Assembly: GCA_905209725.1 (NCBI GenBank)
Contig: CAJLTZ010000001.1
Span: 53 to 64,052 of the forward strand
DNA from: an uncultured Muribaculaceae bacterium
GTDB taxonomy: Bacteria; Bacteroidota; Bacteroidia; Bacteroidales; Muribaculaceae
Direction: 5' to 3'
Length of the DNA stretch: 64,000 nt
Shown: piece after piece, positions 17,698 to 27,809 of the stretch
How the letters are laid out: each line of letters opens with the position of its first letter
Position numbering within the stretch: position 1 is the first letter of the stretch
Position numbers and translations under genes: made by a program
The notes under the pieces: model-generated
Databases searched by the model: none
What the model saw: the letters and a program-made list of their open reading frames with translations, nothing else
Told to the model about the DNA's origin: nothing

Positions 17698-18210
17698 TTA
17701 TTTCAAGCCGAGTTTGGCCTTCACCTGCGGGGTGACGTCAACCACCGGCGATGCGTAATAGAGAGTGAGCGAAGGCTCATAGTTCTCGATCATGCCGAAA
17801 CCGCCCTCTTTGCCTACAGCCTCCACAGCGGTGCGCACTTTCTGGATCACCGGCTGCATCAGCTCATTCTGCATTTTGGCCAGGTCCTGCTGGGCATTCT
17901 GCTCGAAAGCCTGCATCTTCTGATTCATGTCCTGCACTTCGCGGGTCTTGCGGTCCTTGATAGCCTGAAGCTCATCCGGCTTCATGGCCTGGAATTCATC
18001 ATAGAGGCGTTTGAGTTCCTCCTGAAGACGTGCGAATTCGTCCTCATATTTCTTTGATGCCTCGGCGAGTTTTTTCTGTGCGTCGGAAGTCTCGGGCATA
18101 GCCTGGAGAATCGAGTTGGTGTCGACAAGTCCGATCTTTACACTTTGCTGGGCGGATGCCCCGAAGAAAGGCAGGGCGATTGCCACTGCGAGCAAGATTT
18201 TCTTAAGCAT
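17698..18210 (-). CDS. OmpH/Skp family periplasmic chaperone
   Basis: Signal peptide plus coiled-coil Skp-like sequence. Second of two tandem copies, as in the Bacteroides bamA locus. Confidence 0.85.
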   Translation of the reverse strand: MLKKILLAVAIALPFFGASAQQSVKIGLVDTNSILQAMPETSDAQKKLAEASKKYEDEFARLQEELKRLYDEFQAMKPDELQAIKDRKTREVQDMNQKMQAFEQNAQQDLAKMQNELMQPVIQKVRTAVEAVGKEGGFGMIENYEPSLTLYYASPVVDVTPQVKAKLGLK

Positions 18211-18246
18211 TTCTGTATCTTGGTTATTTTTTTGTTAAATTTCCTT

Positions 18247-18762
18247 TTATTTTGAATATCCGAGTTTATTGAGCACCTCATTGCTCACGTCGATACGCGG
18301 CGATGCAAACACGATGCTTTGGCTCGATGCGCGGTCAAAGATGGCCTGATAGCCTTTTTCTTCCGCCACAGCCTTCACTGCATTATATACATCCTCCTGG
18401 ATGGGCTTGATCAGCGACTGGCGCTTTTTATAGAGTTCTCCCTCCGGACCGAAGTATTTATAGCGAAGGTCGGTGGCCTCCTTCTCCTTGGCCACAATCT
18501 CCTCCTCGCGTTTCTTTTTCTGGTCGTCGGTGAGGAACACCATGTCGGCCTGATAGTTCTTATACATTGTCTCGGCCTCCTTGGAGAGTTCGTTTACCTC
18601 CTTCTCCCAGCGCTGGCTCACCTGGTTGAGCTGTTCGTTGGCCATCTCGTATGCAGGCACATTGCGCAATACATACTCCATATCGATCAAGGCGAATTTC
18701 TGTGCTGAACAGCCGAGTGCTCCGGCCACAGCCAGCATCACAGCGAATAGTATCTTTCTCAT
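18247..18762 (-). CDS. OmpH/Skp family periplasmic chaperone
   Basis: Signal peptide and Lys/Glu-rich coiled coil. Paralog of the adjacent gene. Confidence 0.85.
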   Translation of the reverse strand: MRKILFAVMLAVAGALGCSAQKFALIDMEYVLRNVPAYEMANEQLNQVSQRWEKEVNELSKEAETMYKNYQADMVFLTDDQKKKREEEIVAKEKEATDLRYKYFGPEGELYKKRQSLIKPIQEDVYNAVKAVAEEKGYQAIFDRASSQSIVFASPRIDVSNEVLNKLGYSK

Positions 18763-18940
18763 ACTCTTGTTTACTTTGTTAAAAATTAACGTCTATTTGC
18801 GGATAATGCCGCTAAAACGGCCTTTTCCTGAATGCGGCGCTCCTCATTTTCTAAGAACGAAAAACATCCGTCATAATTATAGACGTCTGGGCTATATGTT
18901 TGGTTTAATCAGACATGAGTCGCAGACATTGCAAGATAAG

Positions 18941-21610
18941 TTAGAACTCCTGGCCGAGCACGAAGTGGATCTGGCTGCCGCCCTTGCGTCCCCACACTTT
19001 GTCGAAACCGTATGCCCAGTCGATGCCGAGGAAGCCGAGCACGCTGAGGTATACACGGGCGCCGACGCCGGCCGAACGTTTCAGGTTGAAGGGCGAGAAG
19101 TCTTTCACCGATGTCCAGCAGTTGCCCGCCTCTGCGAAGGCAATTGCATAGATGGTGGTGGAGGGCTGGAGAAGGAACGGGAAGTGGAGCTCGAGGGAGA
19201 ATTTGCCGTAGGCGTAGCCTTCATAGCCCGAGGGAGTGAACTGACCGTTCTCGTATCCGCGCATGGCGATGGTCTCCGTGGCATAGGTGTAGGAGCCCGA
19301 CATGCCGTCGCCGCCGAAATAGAAGGTCTCGAAAGGAGTCTTGAGATATTTGTTCCATGACCCCAGCAGACCGAAATCGGCGCGTGTCATGAGCACGAGG
19401 GTCCATTTGCCGTCAGGGTCTGTGAGCGGAGTAAAGGTCTTGCTCTTGAAGCGGAGTTTCCAGTATTCAATCCATTTATAGAGCTGTCCGCGGGCTGCTT
19501 CTCGGGAACTGCTGTCCTGATTGAAATAACTTGCCTGTTCGGAGAGCGACCTCCAGTCCTTGCGTCCGAAGAGAGAGGCGGGGGGAGTGGCGGTGAAATC
19601 AATCGAGAATTGTGATCCGCGGCGTGTATAGATCGGGTTGTCGATACTTGTGCGCGACAATGTCAGTCCTAGAGTAAGGGAGTTTGACGTACCGTTGCGC
19701 ATATAGTAGAGGTAATCCCAGTTTTTCAGATAATACCAGCGGTAGGCCAGCTGAGCCTGGAACTGGAAATAGTCGTCGGGCCAGCTGAGTCGTGTGCCGA
19801 ATCCCACGCTCACGCCTGCGAGCTGAAGCACCTTGTTGGGGTCGTAGGCATTCTGGATGGCATAGGAGGAATAGTTGGTATTATAGGAATACTGGTTCCA
19901 TACTGCATTCTGATATGCGGAGCTCCAGGCATCGTTGTAGAATTGGGAGTTGATACCTGTGGAACGGCTGAAGTCTACTGATACGGCAAGTGAGTTGGGG
20001 CGGCTGCCTCCAATCCAGGGGTCGAAGAAACTGATTGAATAGCTTTGATAATACTGGGCGTTGGTCTGCGCCGAGATGGAGAAAGTCTGACCGTCGCCTC
20101 GCGGTATTATGCCCCTGTAGCTCTTCGGATTGAAGAGGTTCTTCATCGAGAAGTTGGAGAATGATAGCGCGAGCTGTCCGGTGAGGCCGGTCTGTCCCCA
20201 GCCGAAGGAAAGCTGAATCTTGTCGTTGGCCTTCTGCTCGAGATTGAACACGATGTCCACCGTGCCGTCATTCTCGTTAGGCATCGGGCGGATATCCATA
20301 TTCTCCGGATTGAAATGGCCGCCGGCTGCGATCTCACGCGCCGAGCGCATCAGGTCGCTCTTCGAGAAAAGCTCGCCGGGGCGCACGCGCAGTTCGCGGC
20401 GGATCACCTTCTCATACAATTGGTCGTTACCATTGATGATTACCTTGTTCACCTTTGCCTGCGGACCCTCGATCACACGCATCTGCAGCGCGATGCTGTC
20501 GCCCTTGATGCGCTCCTCAATGGGCACAAGTTGGAAGAAGAGATAACCGTTGTCGAGATAGAGGTTGGCCACGGCATCTTCATCGTCCATCGTGCGCTTG
20601 TTGAGCATCTTCTGGTTGTAAACGTCGCCGGGGTACATACCCAATATCATATTGAGCGTCTCGGTGGGATAGACCGTATTGCCCACCCAGGAGATGTCGC
20701 TGATGTAATATTTCTTGCCCTCATCCACGTCGATGAACACGTCGACGCTCTTGTCGTCGTAGCGGGCCACGCTGTCGTGGGTGATTTTGGCGTCGCGGTA
20801 GCCGAGCTCGTTGTATTTGTCGATGATGCGCTGGAGGTCGTCCTCGAAGTCGCGCTCCACAAATTTGCGCTGTTTGAAGATGTTCAGCAGGTTGCCGCTC
20901 TCGTTGGTCTTCTTCATGGTGCGTTTCACCTTATTGTCCGAAAGCACCTGATTGCCCTTGACATAAATCTTGTGGACCTTGATCTTGCTGTTGCGGTTCA
21001 CGTCGATGTTGAGGATCACCATGTTCTCCTTCGAGAGGTCGGGCTGTTCGATCACGCGCACCTGGGCATTCTTGAAGCCCTTTTTCGCATAATATTCTTC
21101 CACGAGTCTCTTCACCTGGGCGATGATATTGGGAGTGAGTTGTTGTCCCGACACCATGCCGAGTCGCTGTTCGATATCCTTTTTCTCGCCACCCTTCACT
21201 CCATTGAACCTCATTTCCGACATGCGGGGCTGCTGGTTGAGCACAATCTCGAGCCATGCCTTGTCGCCCGCAATCTTCTCCACGTTAATCTGCACCTTGG
21301 AATAGAGGCCCTGACGCCAGAAGCGGCGCACGGCATCAGTGATTTCCTGGCCGGGAATCTCAATTTTGTCGCCCACGGAGAGCCCCGAATATCCAATCAC
21401 CACATAGTCCTCGGCATTCTTGATTCCCGACACCTTGACGCCTGCGATTTCATAGGTCTTGGGCATCGGGGAATAAATGATGTCGGGATTGTAGATGGTG
21501 TCCACGGGGGCAGTGGGCTGTTGTTCCCCATCGAGCTTTATGTCGAGAGCCGAGGCTGACAGCGCAGCCAATGCGGCAAGGAGGATGAATATGGAGCGGA
21601 TATGTTTCAT
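18941..21610 (-). CDS. bamA: outer membrane protein assembly factor BamA
   Basis: 889 aa with a signal peptide, POTRA-like repeats, and a C-terminal Omp85 beta-barrel ending ...HFVLGQEF. Confidence 0.92.
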   Translation of the reverse strand: MKHIRSIFILLAALAALSASALDIKLDGEQQPTAPVDTIYNPDIIYSPMPKTYEIAGVKVSGIKNAEDYVVIGYSGLSVGDKIEIPGQEITDAVRRFWRQGLYSKVQINVEKIAGDKAWLEIVLNQQPRMSEMRFNGVKGGEKKDIEQRLGMVSGQQLTPNIIAQVKRLVEEYYAKKGFKNAQVRVIEQPDLSKENMVILNIDVNRNSKIKVHKIYVKGNQVLSDNKVKRTMKKTNESGNLLNIFKQRKFVERDFEDDLQRIIDKYNELGYRDAKITHDSVARYDDKSVDVFIDVDEGKKYYISDISWVGNTVYPTETLNMILGMYPGDVYNQKMLNKRTMDDEDAVANLYLDNGYLFFQLVPIEERIKGDSIALQMRVIEGPQAKVNKVIINGNDQLYEKVIRRELRVRPGELFSKSDLMRSAREIAAGGHFNPENMDIRPMPNENDGTVDIVFNLEQKANDKIQLSFGWGQTGLTGQLALSFSNFSMKNLFNPKSYRGIIPRGDGQTFSISAQTNAQYYQSYSISFFDPWIGGSRPNSLAVSVDFSRSTGINSQFYNDAWSSAYQNAVWNQYSYNTNYSSYAIQNAYDPNKVLQLAGVSVGFGTRLSWPDDYFQFQAQLAYRWYYLKNWDYLYYMRNGTSNSLTLGLTLSRTSIDNPIYTRRGSQFSIDFTATPPASLFGRKDWRSLSEQASYFNQDSSSREAARGQLYKWIEYWKLRFKSKTFTPLTDPDGKWTLVLMTRADFGLLGSWNKYLKTPFETFYFGGDGMSGSYTYATETIAMRGYENGQFTPSGYEGYAYGKFSLELHFPFLLQPSTTIYAIAFAEAGNCWTSVKDFSPFNLKRSAGVGARVYLSVLGFLGIDWAYGFDKVWGRKGGSQIHFVLGQEF

Positions 21611-22374
21611 AGAGCTTTTTCGTCTTCTATCTGGTCGCCCGTTTTTCCGAAGCGACGCTGGCGGTGCTGGAAGTCTTCGAGCGCGGCCACGAATTCATCT
21701 TCATTGAAGTCGGGCCAGAGGGTAGGGGTAAAATATAGTTCGCTATAGGCAATCTGCCAGAGCAGGAAATTGCTTATGCGGAGCTCGCCGCCGGTGCGGA
21801 TAAGCAGGTCGGGGTCGGGCATTCCTTTTGTAGCAAGGGAATCGGAGATAAGGTTTTCGTCGATGCTGTCGGGATCGAGTTTTCCTTCGGCTGCGAGGCC
21901 GGCGAGATTGCGCACAGCGCGTGTGATCTCCCAGCGGGAGGAATAACTCAGACATAGGCAGAGATTGAGCCCGTCGCAGTCCTTGGTGGCATCCACACCC
22001 TCCTGCAGGCTTGCAGCCACCTCCGCGGGGAGGCGGTCGATCTCGCCAAGCAGAAGGATATGCACATTGTTGGCGCGAAGTTCAGGCGTTTCGCGGCGGA
22101 TGGTCCAGCCGATGAGATGCATCAGCAGTTCCACCTCGCGCTGAGGACGGTTCCAGTTTTCGGTGGAGAAGGCGTAGAGCGTGAGATATTTCACTCCGAG
22201 GTCGGAGGCAAGGCGGGTGATGCGGGTCACGCTGTGCACGCCCTCAGCATGCCCCTCGCTGCGGTCGCGCATGCGCTGCCTGGCCCAGCGTCCGTTCCCA
22301 TCCATTATCACTGCCACATGGCGCGGAATCCGCTCCATGTCCAGACGACTCATATATTTCTCCAGTTCACTCAT
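21607..22374 (-). CDS. uppS: isoprenyl transferase (undecaprenyl-diphosphate synthase)
   Basis: HVAVIMDGNGRWA motif. 4 bp overlap with bamA. Confidence 0.92.
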   Translation of the reverse strand: MSELEKYMSRLDMERIPRHVAVIMDGNGRWARQRMRDRSEGHAEGVHSVTRITRLASDLGVKYLTLYAFSTENWNRPQREVELLMHLIGWTIRRETPELRANNVHILLLGEIDRLPAEVAASLQEGVDATKDCDGLNLCLCLSYSSRWEITRAVRNLAGLAAEGKLDPDSIDENLISDSLATKGMPDPDLLIRTGGELRISNFLLWQIAYSELYFTPTLWPDFNEDEFVAALEDFQHRQRRFGKTGDQIEDEKAL

Positions 22375-22397
22375 CTCTGTCTCCGGTCAGTTTCGGT

Positions 22398-23078
22398 TCA
22401 ATCTTTATAGTGACATTGCTCGCAACGCTTGCTGAATTCGTAGCTTATCGTAATCGACAGCGTGGAATACCAGTCGGTGTTCTTCAGGAAGGAACTCTTT
22501 ATCTCCATCGGATCCTTGAGGTCGGAACTGTCAAGACGGTCGGTGAAGGTCTTTTTCATCAGGAATTCCAGCCCTATGTTCCAGCGCAAGGCCGGTTTGT
22601 ATTTGAAGCCGATGCCGAAAGGTATCGTGAGCGCGGCGCCGAATTTGTCGGCCTTCCATGCTGTCACGCTCAGGCCGGCCGTGATATAGGGTGTCCACCG
22701 TTTCAGTTTGCGGTAACTCTCCCCCATTCCATAATTGAAGAAATGGAATTCCGCCATTTCCCCCAGTTCATAAAAAGTTGTTGAAAACTTGAACGAACGA
22801 CCTTCGGGGAACACATTGTCCATCTTTGAGGAGTCGCCGCGCAGCGAACCGAGGTAGAAATTGGTCTTGAAATTGAAACGGGGGTTGAGGATATATCTGA
22901 AGAGAATCTCCGCGTCCCAGCCCGGATTGGCCCAGAGGTTGGAGGAATTGGCGTCGCCCAGATATCCGGTCATGCCGAATCCGGCTCCGATGTCGAAGCG
23001 GTAGTCTTCCTGTGCGCGGGCTTTAGGCGCCGACGCAAGAAGCATCAACAGGGCTGATATCCAGAGGATTCTTTTCAT
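22398..23078 (-). CDS. DUF6089-type outer-membrane beta-barrel protein
   Basis: Signal peptide, alternating-hydrophobic beta-strand pattern, C-terminal aromatic residue. Conserved position upstream of uppS-bamA in Bacteroidales. Confidence 0.65.
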   Translation of the reverse strand: MKRILWISALLMLLASAPKARAQEDYRFDIGAGFGMTGYLGDANSSNLWANPGWDAEILFRYILNPRFNFKTNFYLGSLRGDSSKMDNVFPEGRSFKFSTTFYELGEMAEFHFFNYGMGESYRKLKRWTPYITAGLSVTAWKADKFGAALTIPFGIGFKYKPALRWNIGLEFLMKKTFTDRLDSSDLKDPMEIKSSFLKNTDWYSTLSITISYEFSKRCEQCHYKD

Positions 23079-23108
23079 TTGCGGATTTTTTCTCTTTGTT
23101 TTAATCGG

Positions 23109-24581
23109 TTAGAACACGGGTGCGAATGTAAGTCGGGTCAGCACTCCGCGCCATATCGAACTGTAAAGCTTGCCGTCGGGGTCATTGCCGCCTATCAGAT
23201 AGATATAGGGGCAGGTCCAACTCACGATGCCATTGTCCACAGTGTGGGAAATGCGCATCGGGGCGCGCACCACGGGTGCTGTCTTCACCGTGCCGAGCAC
23301 CACATTGTCGCAGTCGGAAAGCGCCGGGAAGCTTTCAGGAAGCTGCATCGACGCCATCCCGCGCGACCAATGCACGGCATTGTCGTATGATATGAATACG
23401 GTGCGGTTGAAGGAGCCGTCGTTAAGCCGGCCACCCACAAGCATCCATACATTATATTCAGTCATCGCGCCTCCCGAGCTGGATGCCCGATAAGCATAAT
23501 AGGGGATTATCGAAGCGCTGTCCACTGCCGGCACGCCCCCTTCCGAGAGTTTAATCCATTCGGTGCCGTCGAAGGCCCAGGTGGCAGAAGTGGCTGATCC
23601 ATTGCGGAGTGTGCCTCCCACAAAGAATGCAACGGGGCTTGATGTCCATTTGTTCTGAAGCGTCACGAAGTTGCTGTGGCCGCTCACGGGGAAGTCGCCG
23701 GGAATCTCCACGCTGTTGAGGGATTGCTGCGGATATTGTATAAATGACATGTTGTTGCCATCCTTCTTTAAGCCGAGCACGCTGTCGAGGTAAGGGCCGA
23801 TAATCACCGACCAGCTCTGGCCGGCTGCCTGCCAGTTCTCGGCATCGGCGCTTTTGTAAAGTTGGCCATCGGCTGCCAGCATATAATAGTCGGCGGATGT
23901 GGATGTAAATGAGCGCACATCGGGCGTGAACGGCAACTGCAGTTGCTGTTTGTCCCAGCGGTTGGCCACAAGGTCTTCGCTTCTGGCGAGCGTATATGTG
24001 CCGTCGCTTTCGAGGATGAGCGTCACGGCCTTGGAGTCTTTCTGCACTGTTTTCTGGTTGACGGGATTGGGAAGACGCGACGGGAGAGTGGTCTGCGTCA
24101 TGTCTACCCACACCAGGGAGTCGGCCACTTCGCGGTGAACATTCACGCGGATGTCGTAACTGCGGCGCATCTCGCCGTCGTTGGCCGTGAGAGTGAGAGT
24201 CACCTTGCCGCTGAAGTCGATTGAGTCGGTGGGATTGTTCTTATAGTCCACTTCACCTTCACGGGTGGTGCCGCCGCTCATTGTGATGATGGCGCTCTCC
24301 ACCTTCGAACTGTATTTGATCACGGGCACAAGCTTATCCACGGGTGTCCCCTTGCGAAGAGAGTCGGCATTATAGATCACGCCGCGCTCCAGGTCGATGG
24401 AGAAATATGTGGAGTCCACGCCCTGCACCTTGCTGTCGAATTTGAGCGAGAAGGCGGTTACGGCCACATTGGCCGGATCCACATAAAGCTCCGAGTCCGA
24501 CTCCTTATTGCAGGATGCAAGAAGAGAGGCTGCCAAAGTCAGGCCGCCGAGCGCCCAACCGGTTATCGTCGTTTTTATCAC
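23109..24581 (-). CDS. hypothetical lipoprotein (likely GTG start; signal VIKTTITGWALGGLTLAASLLASC)
   Basis: The 525-codon ORF has no in-frame ATG near a signal peptide. The GTG at ~24579-24581 gives an ideal lipoprotein signal plus the lipobox LLASC. The predicted promoter at 24698-24705 lies upstream of this start but only 12-20 nt upstream of the longer ORF-track start at 24686. Confidence 0.6.
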   Translation of the reverse strand: MIKTTITGWALGGLTLAASLLASCNKESDSELYVDPANVAVTAFSLKFDSKVQGVDSTYFSIDLERGVIYNADSLRKGTPVDKLVPVIKYSSKVESAIITMSGGTTREGEVDYKNNPTDSIDFSGKVTLTLTANDGEMRRSYDIRVNVHREVADSLVWVDMTQTTLPSRLPNPVNQKTVQKDSKAVTLILESDGTYTLARSEDLVANRWDKQQLQLPFTPDVRSFTSTSADYYMLAADGQLYKSADAENWQAAGQSWSVIIGPYLDSVLGLKKDGNNMSFIQYPQQSLNSVEIPGDFPVSGHSNFVTLQNKWTSSPVAFFVGGTLRNGSATSATWAFDGTEWIKLSEGGVPAVDSASIIPYYAYRASSSGGAMTEYNVWMLVGGRLNDGSFNRTVFISYDNAVHWSRGMASMQLPESFPALSDCDNVVLGTVKTAPVVRAPMRISHTVDNGIVSWTCPYIYLIGGNDPDGKLYSSIWRGVLTRLTFAPVF

Positions 24582-24697
24582 TGTCACTATTATAGTGTTG
24601 TGTGTTAGGCAGAAACTTACTGGTTTCCGCCGGATTTCACATGCATTGCAAGTCTTTGTGCATCCTTTCGGCACGCAAAGACCCACCTTTTAACCTG

Positions 24698-24705
24698 CAA
24701 ATTTA
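24698..24705 (-). promoter_or_regulatory. -7 box TAAATTTG for the lipoprotein / DUF6089 / uppS-bamA transcription unit
   Basis: Plus-strand cctgcaaatttagc is TAAATTTG on the minus strand. Confidence 0.4.
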
Positions 24706-24843
24706 GCATTTATTGGCGAAATAGCGACTATAAAAGCATTATAAAATATAATTTAAGATTTTTTAAGTAGCCTTTCAGCCCTCCCGATAAAGAGCTTTTC
24801 CGGCTCTAAGTCCACATCTTTCAACTAAAACAGGATGCATTTT

Positions 24844-24900
24844 TCACAAAAGCGTCACCTCTTAGGGGAAAGTTTCTCAAAAGCGACATCGGTAAGGGAA
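24844..24900. repeat. imperfect tandem direct repeat (two ~27 bp units, cACAAAAGCGtCAcCtcttaGGGGAA / cTCAAAAGCGaCAtCggtaaGGGAA) in a divergent intergenic region
   Basis: Read directly from the sequence. Located about 170-230 nt upstream of the CMD-cupin gene. Candidate regulator-binding sites. Confidence 0.5.
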
Positions 24901-25073
24901 TATTTGTAGATATCATTAGTTGTTAATAAATTCTAAATCAATCAGCATTAATTGTTGCTTAAATAATTTTAGGTTAATTTTGTGAAGTGCATAAGGTTAT
25001 TGCCGGATGCAGCGGTACAAGATTCCGCGACAACACTATTCCGCATTACAGATTTTTTAACCCGACCGCCATA

Positions 25074-25892
25074 ATGAACAGAAAGATTCTAACAATTTTA
25101 TTGTCTTGCATTATATCAATCAACGTTATGGCACAACAGAAAATAGTACAGACTGCCGGACGCGACGCCCTTGGCGATTTCGCTCCGGAGTTCGCGCATC
25201 TCAACGACGACATCCTCTTCGGAGAAGTCTGGAGCCGCAACGACTTGCTCTCCCTGAGAGACCGTAGCCTTGTGACCATCACAGCGCTCATCAGCCAGGG
25301 CATCACCGACTCATCGCTCATGCATCATCTGCAGAACGCTAAAAAGAACGGCATCACCCGCACTGAAGCAGCCGAGACAATCACCCACATCGCCTTCTAC
25401 GCAGGCTGGCCTAAGGCTTGGGCCGCTTTCCGCCTCGCCAAAGAGGTATGGAACGATGATATCAAGGGCGACGACGCTATGGCTCAGTTCCAGCGTGAGA
25501 TGATATTTCCGATTGGCGAACCGAACACTGCCTATGCGAAATATTTCAAAGGCAAAAGTTATCTCGCCCAGGTATCCACAAAACAGATTCCCTTCGCCAA
25601 TGTTACCTTCGAGCCCGGATGCCGTAACAACTGGCACATCCATAAGGCCGAGAAGGGCGGCGGTCAGATGCTCGTGGGCGTGGGCGGCCGCGGATGGTAT
25701 CAGGAGGAGGGTAACCCCGCCGTGGAGATTCTTCCCGGCACGGTGATCAATATCCCTGCCAATGTGAAGCACTGGCATGGAGCAGCCAAGGATTCCTGGT
25801 TTGCTCACCTCGCATTCTCAGTGCCCGGCGAAATGACCGAAAACATTTGGCTTGAGCCCGTCACCGACGAAGAATACAACAAACTGAAATAG
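25074..25892 (+). CDS. secreted carboxymuconolactone decarboxylase (AhpD-like) domain fused to a C-terminal cupin domain
   Basis: Start at MNRKILTILLSCIISINVMAQQ (signal peptide). The CMD-like region includes HIAFYAGWP, and the cupin-like region contains ...HIHKAEKGGGQMLVGVGGRGWYQEEG...NVKHWHGA. Confidence 0.75.
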   Translation: MNRKILTILLSCIISINVMAQQKIVQTAGRDALGDFAPEFAHLNDDILFGEVWSRNDLLSLRDRSLVTITALISQGITDSSLMHHLQNAKKNGITRTEAAETITHIAFYAGWPKAWAAFRLAKEVWNDDIKGDDAMAQFQREMIFPIGEPNTAYAKYFKGKSYLAQVSTKQIPFANVTFEPGCRNNWHIHKAEKGGGQMLVGVGGRGWYQEEGNPAVEILPGTVINIPANVKHWHGAAKDSWFAHLAFSVPGEMTENIWLEPVTDEEYNKLK

Positions 25893-25974
25893 AAAGCGCC
25901 GTGCCCTCGCATATCGAATGCGGGGGCACAGTGTATTTATCGGATTTTAGGGTTTAACAATAAATTTGGGAACA

Positions 25975-26301
25975 ATGGTAAAACACATCGTTACATTTCA
26001 GATGAAGGGGACAAAGGAGGAGCGTCTCGCCGCTGCGCAGGATTTTGCCGCAAGGCTGAGGGCTCTTCCTGAAGTAATCGACGTTCTTGAGGCAATAGAG
26101 GTAGGCATAAATGAGAATCCGGCAGAAAACTGGGATCTGGTGCTCACCGCCACAGTGCCCACGATGGCCGATGTGGCCGTCTACGCCAATCATCCGGCAC
26201 ACGTGGCCGCCGCAGCATCCGCCAAGCCCCACATAGCCGCCCGCGCCTGCGTCGATTATTCCCACTCGATGGTTGCCGGTGGTTTGGAGGAGATGTCGTA
26301 G
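25975..26301 (+). CDS. Dabb (stress-responsive dimeric alpha/beta-barrel) family protein
   Basis: [44 protein letters not shown] is a typical Dabb fold sequence. The 3' end overlaps the convergent guaA stop by about 45 bp. Confidence 0.7.
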   Translation: MVKHIVTFQMKGTKEERLAAAQDFAARLRALPEVIDVLEAIEVGINENPAENWDLVLTATVPTMADVAVYANHPAHVAAAASAKPHIAARACVDYSHSMVAGGLEEMS

Positions 26302-27782
26302 ACTACGCGGTTGATGCCGCGCACCTTGTTGATGATTTCGTTGCTTACCTTTGCCAGCAGTTCATAAGGCAGGTGCACCCAGTCGGCAGTCATGCCGTCG
26401 GTGGAAATCACCGCCCTCAGTGCGCAGCAGCGTTCATAGGTGCGTTCATCTCCCATCACGCCGACACTCTGCACAGGCAGAAGCATCACGCCGGCCTGCC
26501 ACACTTTGTCGTACCAGCCCGACTCCCTCAGCGCGTCGATGAAAATCTTGTCGGCGGCCTGAAGCACACGCACTTTCTCGGCCGTAACTTCACCAAGGAT
26601 ACGAATGCCAAGTCCGGGTCCCGGGAAGGGATGACGTCCGAGCAAACGCTGGTCGATACCAAGCGCCTTGCCCACACGGCGCACCTCGTCCTTAAAGAGC
26701 AGACGCAGCGGTTCCACCACTTTCAGATTCATCTCCTTAGGAAGGCCTCCCACATTGTGGTGGCTCTTGATTGTGGCCGAAGGCCCTTTTACAGAGCAAC
26801 TTTCAATCACGTCGGGGTAGATTGTGCCCTGACCCAGCCAGCGCGCGCCCTCCACCTTCTTTGCCTCGGCATTGAACACCTCCACAAAGTCGCGGCCGAT
26901 AATCTTGCGCTTCTGCTCCGGGTCGGTGACGCCTGCAAGGTCGGTATAGAAACGCTCCGATGCATCAACACCGGTAACATTAAGTCCCATACCCTGATAG
27001 GAGGCCAGCACATCCTCGAATTCATTGGCACGAAGAAGGCCATTGTTCACAAAGATACAGTGAAGGTTCTGGCCGATGGCACGGTGAAGCAGCATGGCAG
27101 CTACAGATGAATCCACACCTCCGGAGAGGCCGAGAATCACCTTGTCGTTGCCAATTTTCTTACGCAGTTCCTCCACTGTGGAATCAATGAAAGAAGCGGG
27201 ACTCCATGTGCCTGAGCATCCGCAGATGCCAATCACATAATTGCGCAGCAACTGAGGGCCGTCGGTGGAATGGAACACTTCGGGGTGGAACTGTATACCC
27301 CAGGTCCTTTCGCCGGTGACGCGGTATGCAGCCACGCGCACATTATCGGTAGAGCCGATGATGTGGAAATCGTCGGGAACCTCAGTGATGGTGTCGCCAT
27401 GCGACATCCATACCTGTGTGGTGGCCGGAACTGAAGCCATCAGCGGATCCTCGGCGTCAACAACGCTGAGCATGGCGCGGCCATACTCGCGACTGGGAGC
27501 TCCGGCCACTGTGCCGCCACACTCCATAGCAAGCAACTGCGCGCCATAGCATACACCCAAGAGGGGCAGGTGGCCGCGAAGCTTGCCAAGGTCGATGCGG
27601 GGCGATCCGGCATCGCGCACCGACGCCGGGCTGCCTGAAAGAATCACACCGCGAACATCGGCGTCAATCTCCGGCATATGGTTGAACGGATGAATCTCAC
27701 AATACACATTCAGCTCACGCACGCGGCGTGCGATAAGCTGAGTGTACTGAGATCCGAAGTCGATTATTAATATCTTCTCCAT
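26256..27782 (-). CDS. guaA: GMP synthase (glutamine-hydrolysing)
   Basis: N-terminal class I GATase ([20 protein letters not shown]), then an ATP-PPase SGGVDSSV motif, and a C-terminus ending ...KPPATIEWE. Confidence 0.95.
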   Translation of the reverse strand: MEKILIIDFGSQYTQLIARRVRELNVYCEIHPFNHMPEIDADVRGVILSGSPASVRDAGSPRIDLGKLRGHLPLLGVCYGAQLLAMECGGTVAGAPSREYGRAMLSVVDAEDPLMASVPATTQVWMSHGDTITEVPDDFHIIGSTDNVRVAAYRVTGERTWGIQFHPEVFHSTDGPQLLRNYVIGICGCSGTWSPASFIDSTVEELRKKIGNDKVILGLSGGVDSSVAAMLLHRAIGQNLHCIFVNNGLLRANEFEDVLASYQGMGLNVTGVDASERFYTDLAGVTDPEQKRKIIGRDFVEVFNAEAKKVEGARWLGQGTIYPDVIESCSVKGPSATIKSHHNVGGLPKEMNLKVVEPLRLLFKDEVRRVGKALGIDQRLLGRHPFPGPGLGIRILGEVTAEKVRVLQAADKIFIDALRESGWYDKVWQAGVMLLPVQSVGVMGDERTYERCCALRAVISTDGMTADWVHLPYELLAKVSNEIINKVRGINRVVYDISSKPPATIEWE

Positions 27783-27809
27783 AAGTCTTGATAAATGGAA
27801 ATACAGGAA

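Noticed and set aside
20315-21559. 414 aa plus-strand ORF inside bamA
   Set aside because: Antisense shadow ORF in GC-rich coding DNA. Low-complexity His/Leu/Val-rich translation with no homology. Fully overlapped by a confidently identified gene.
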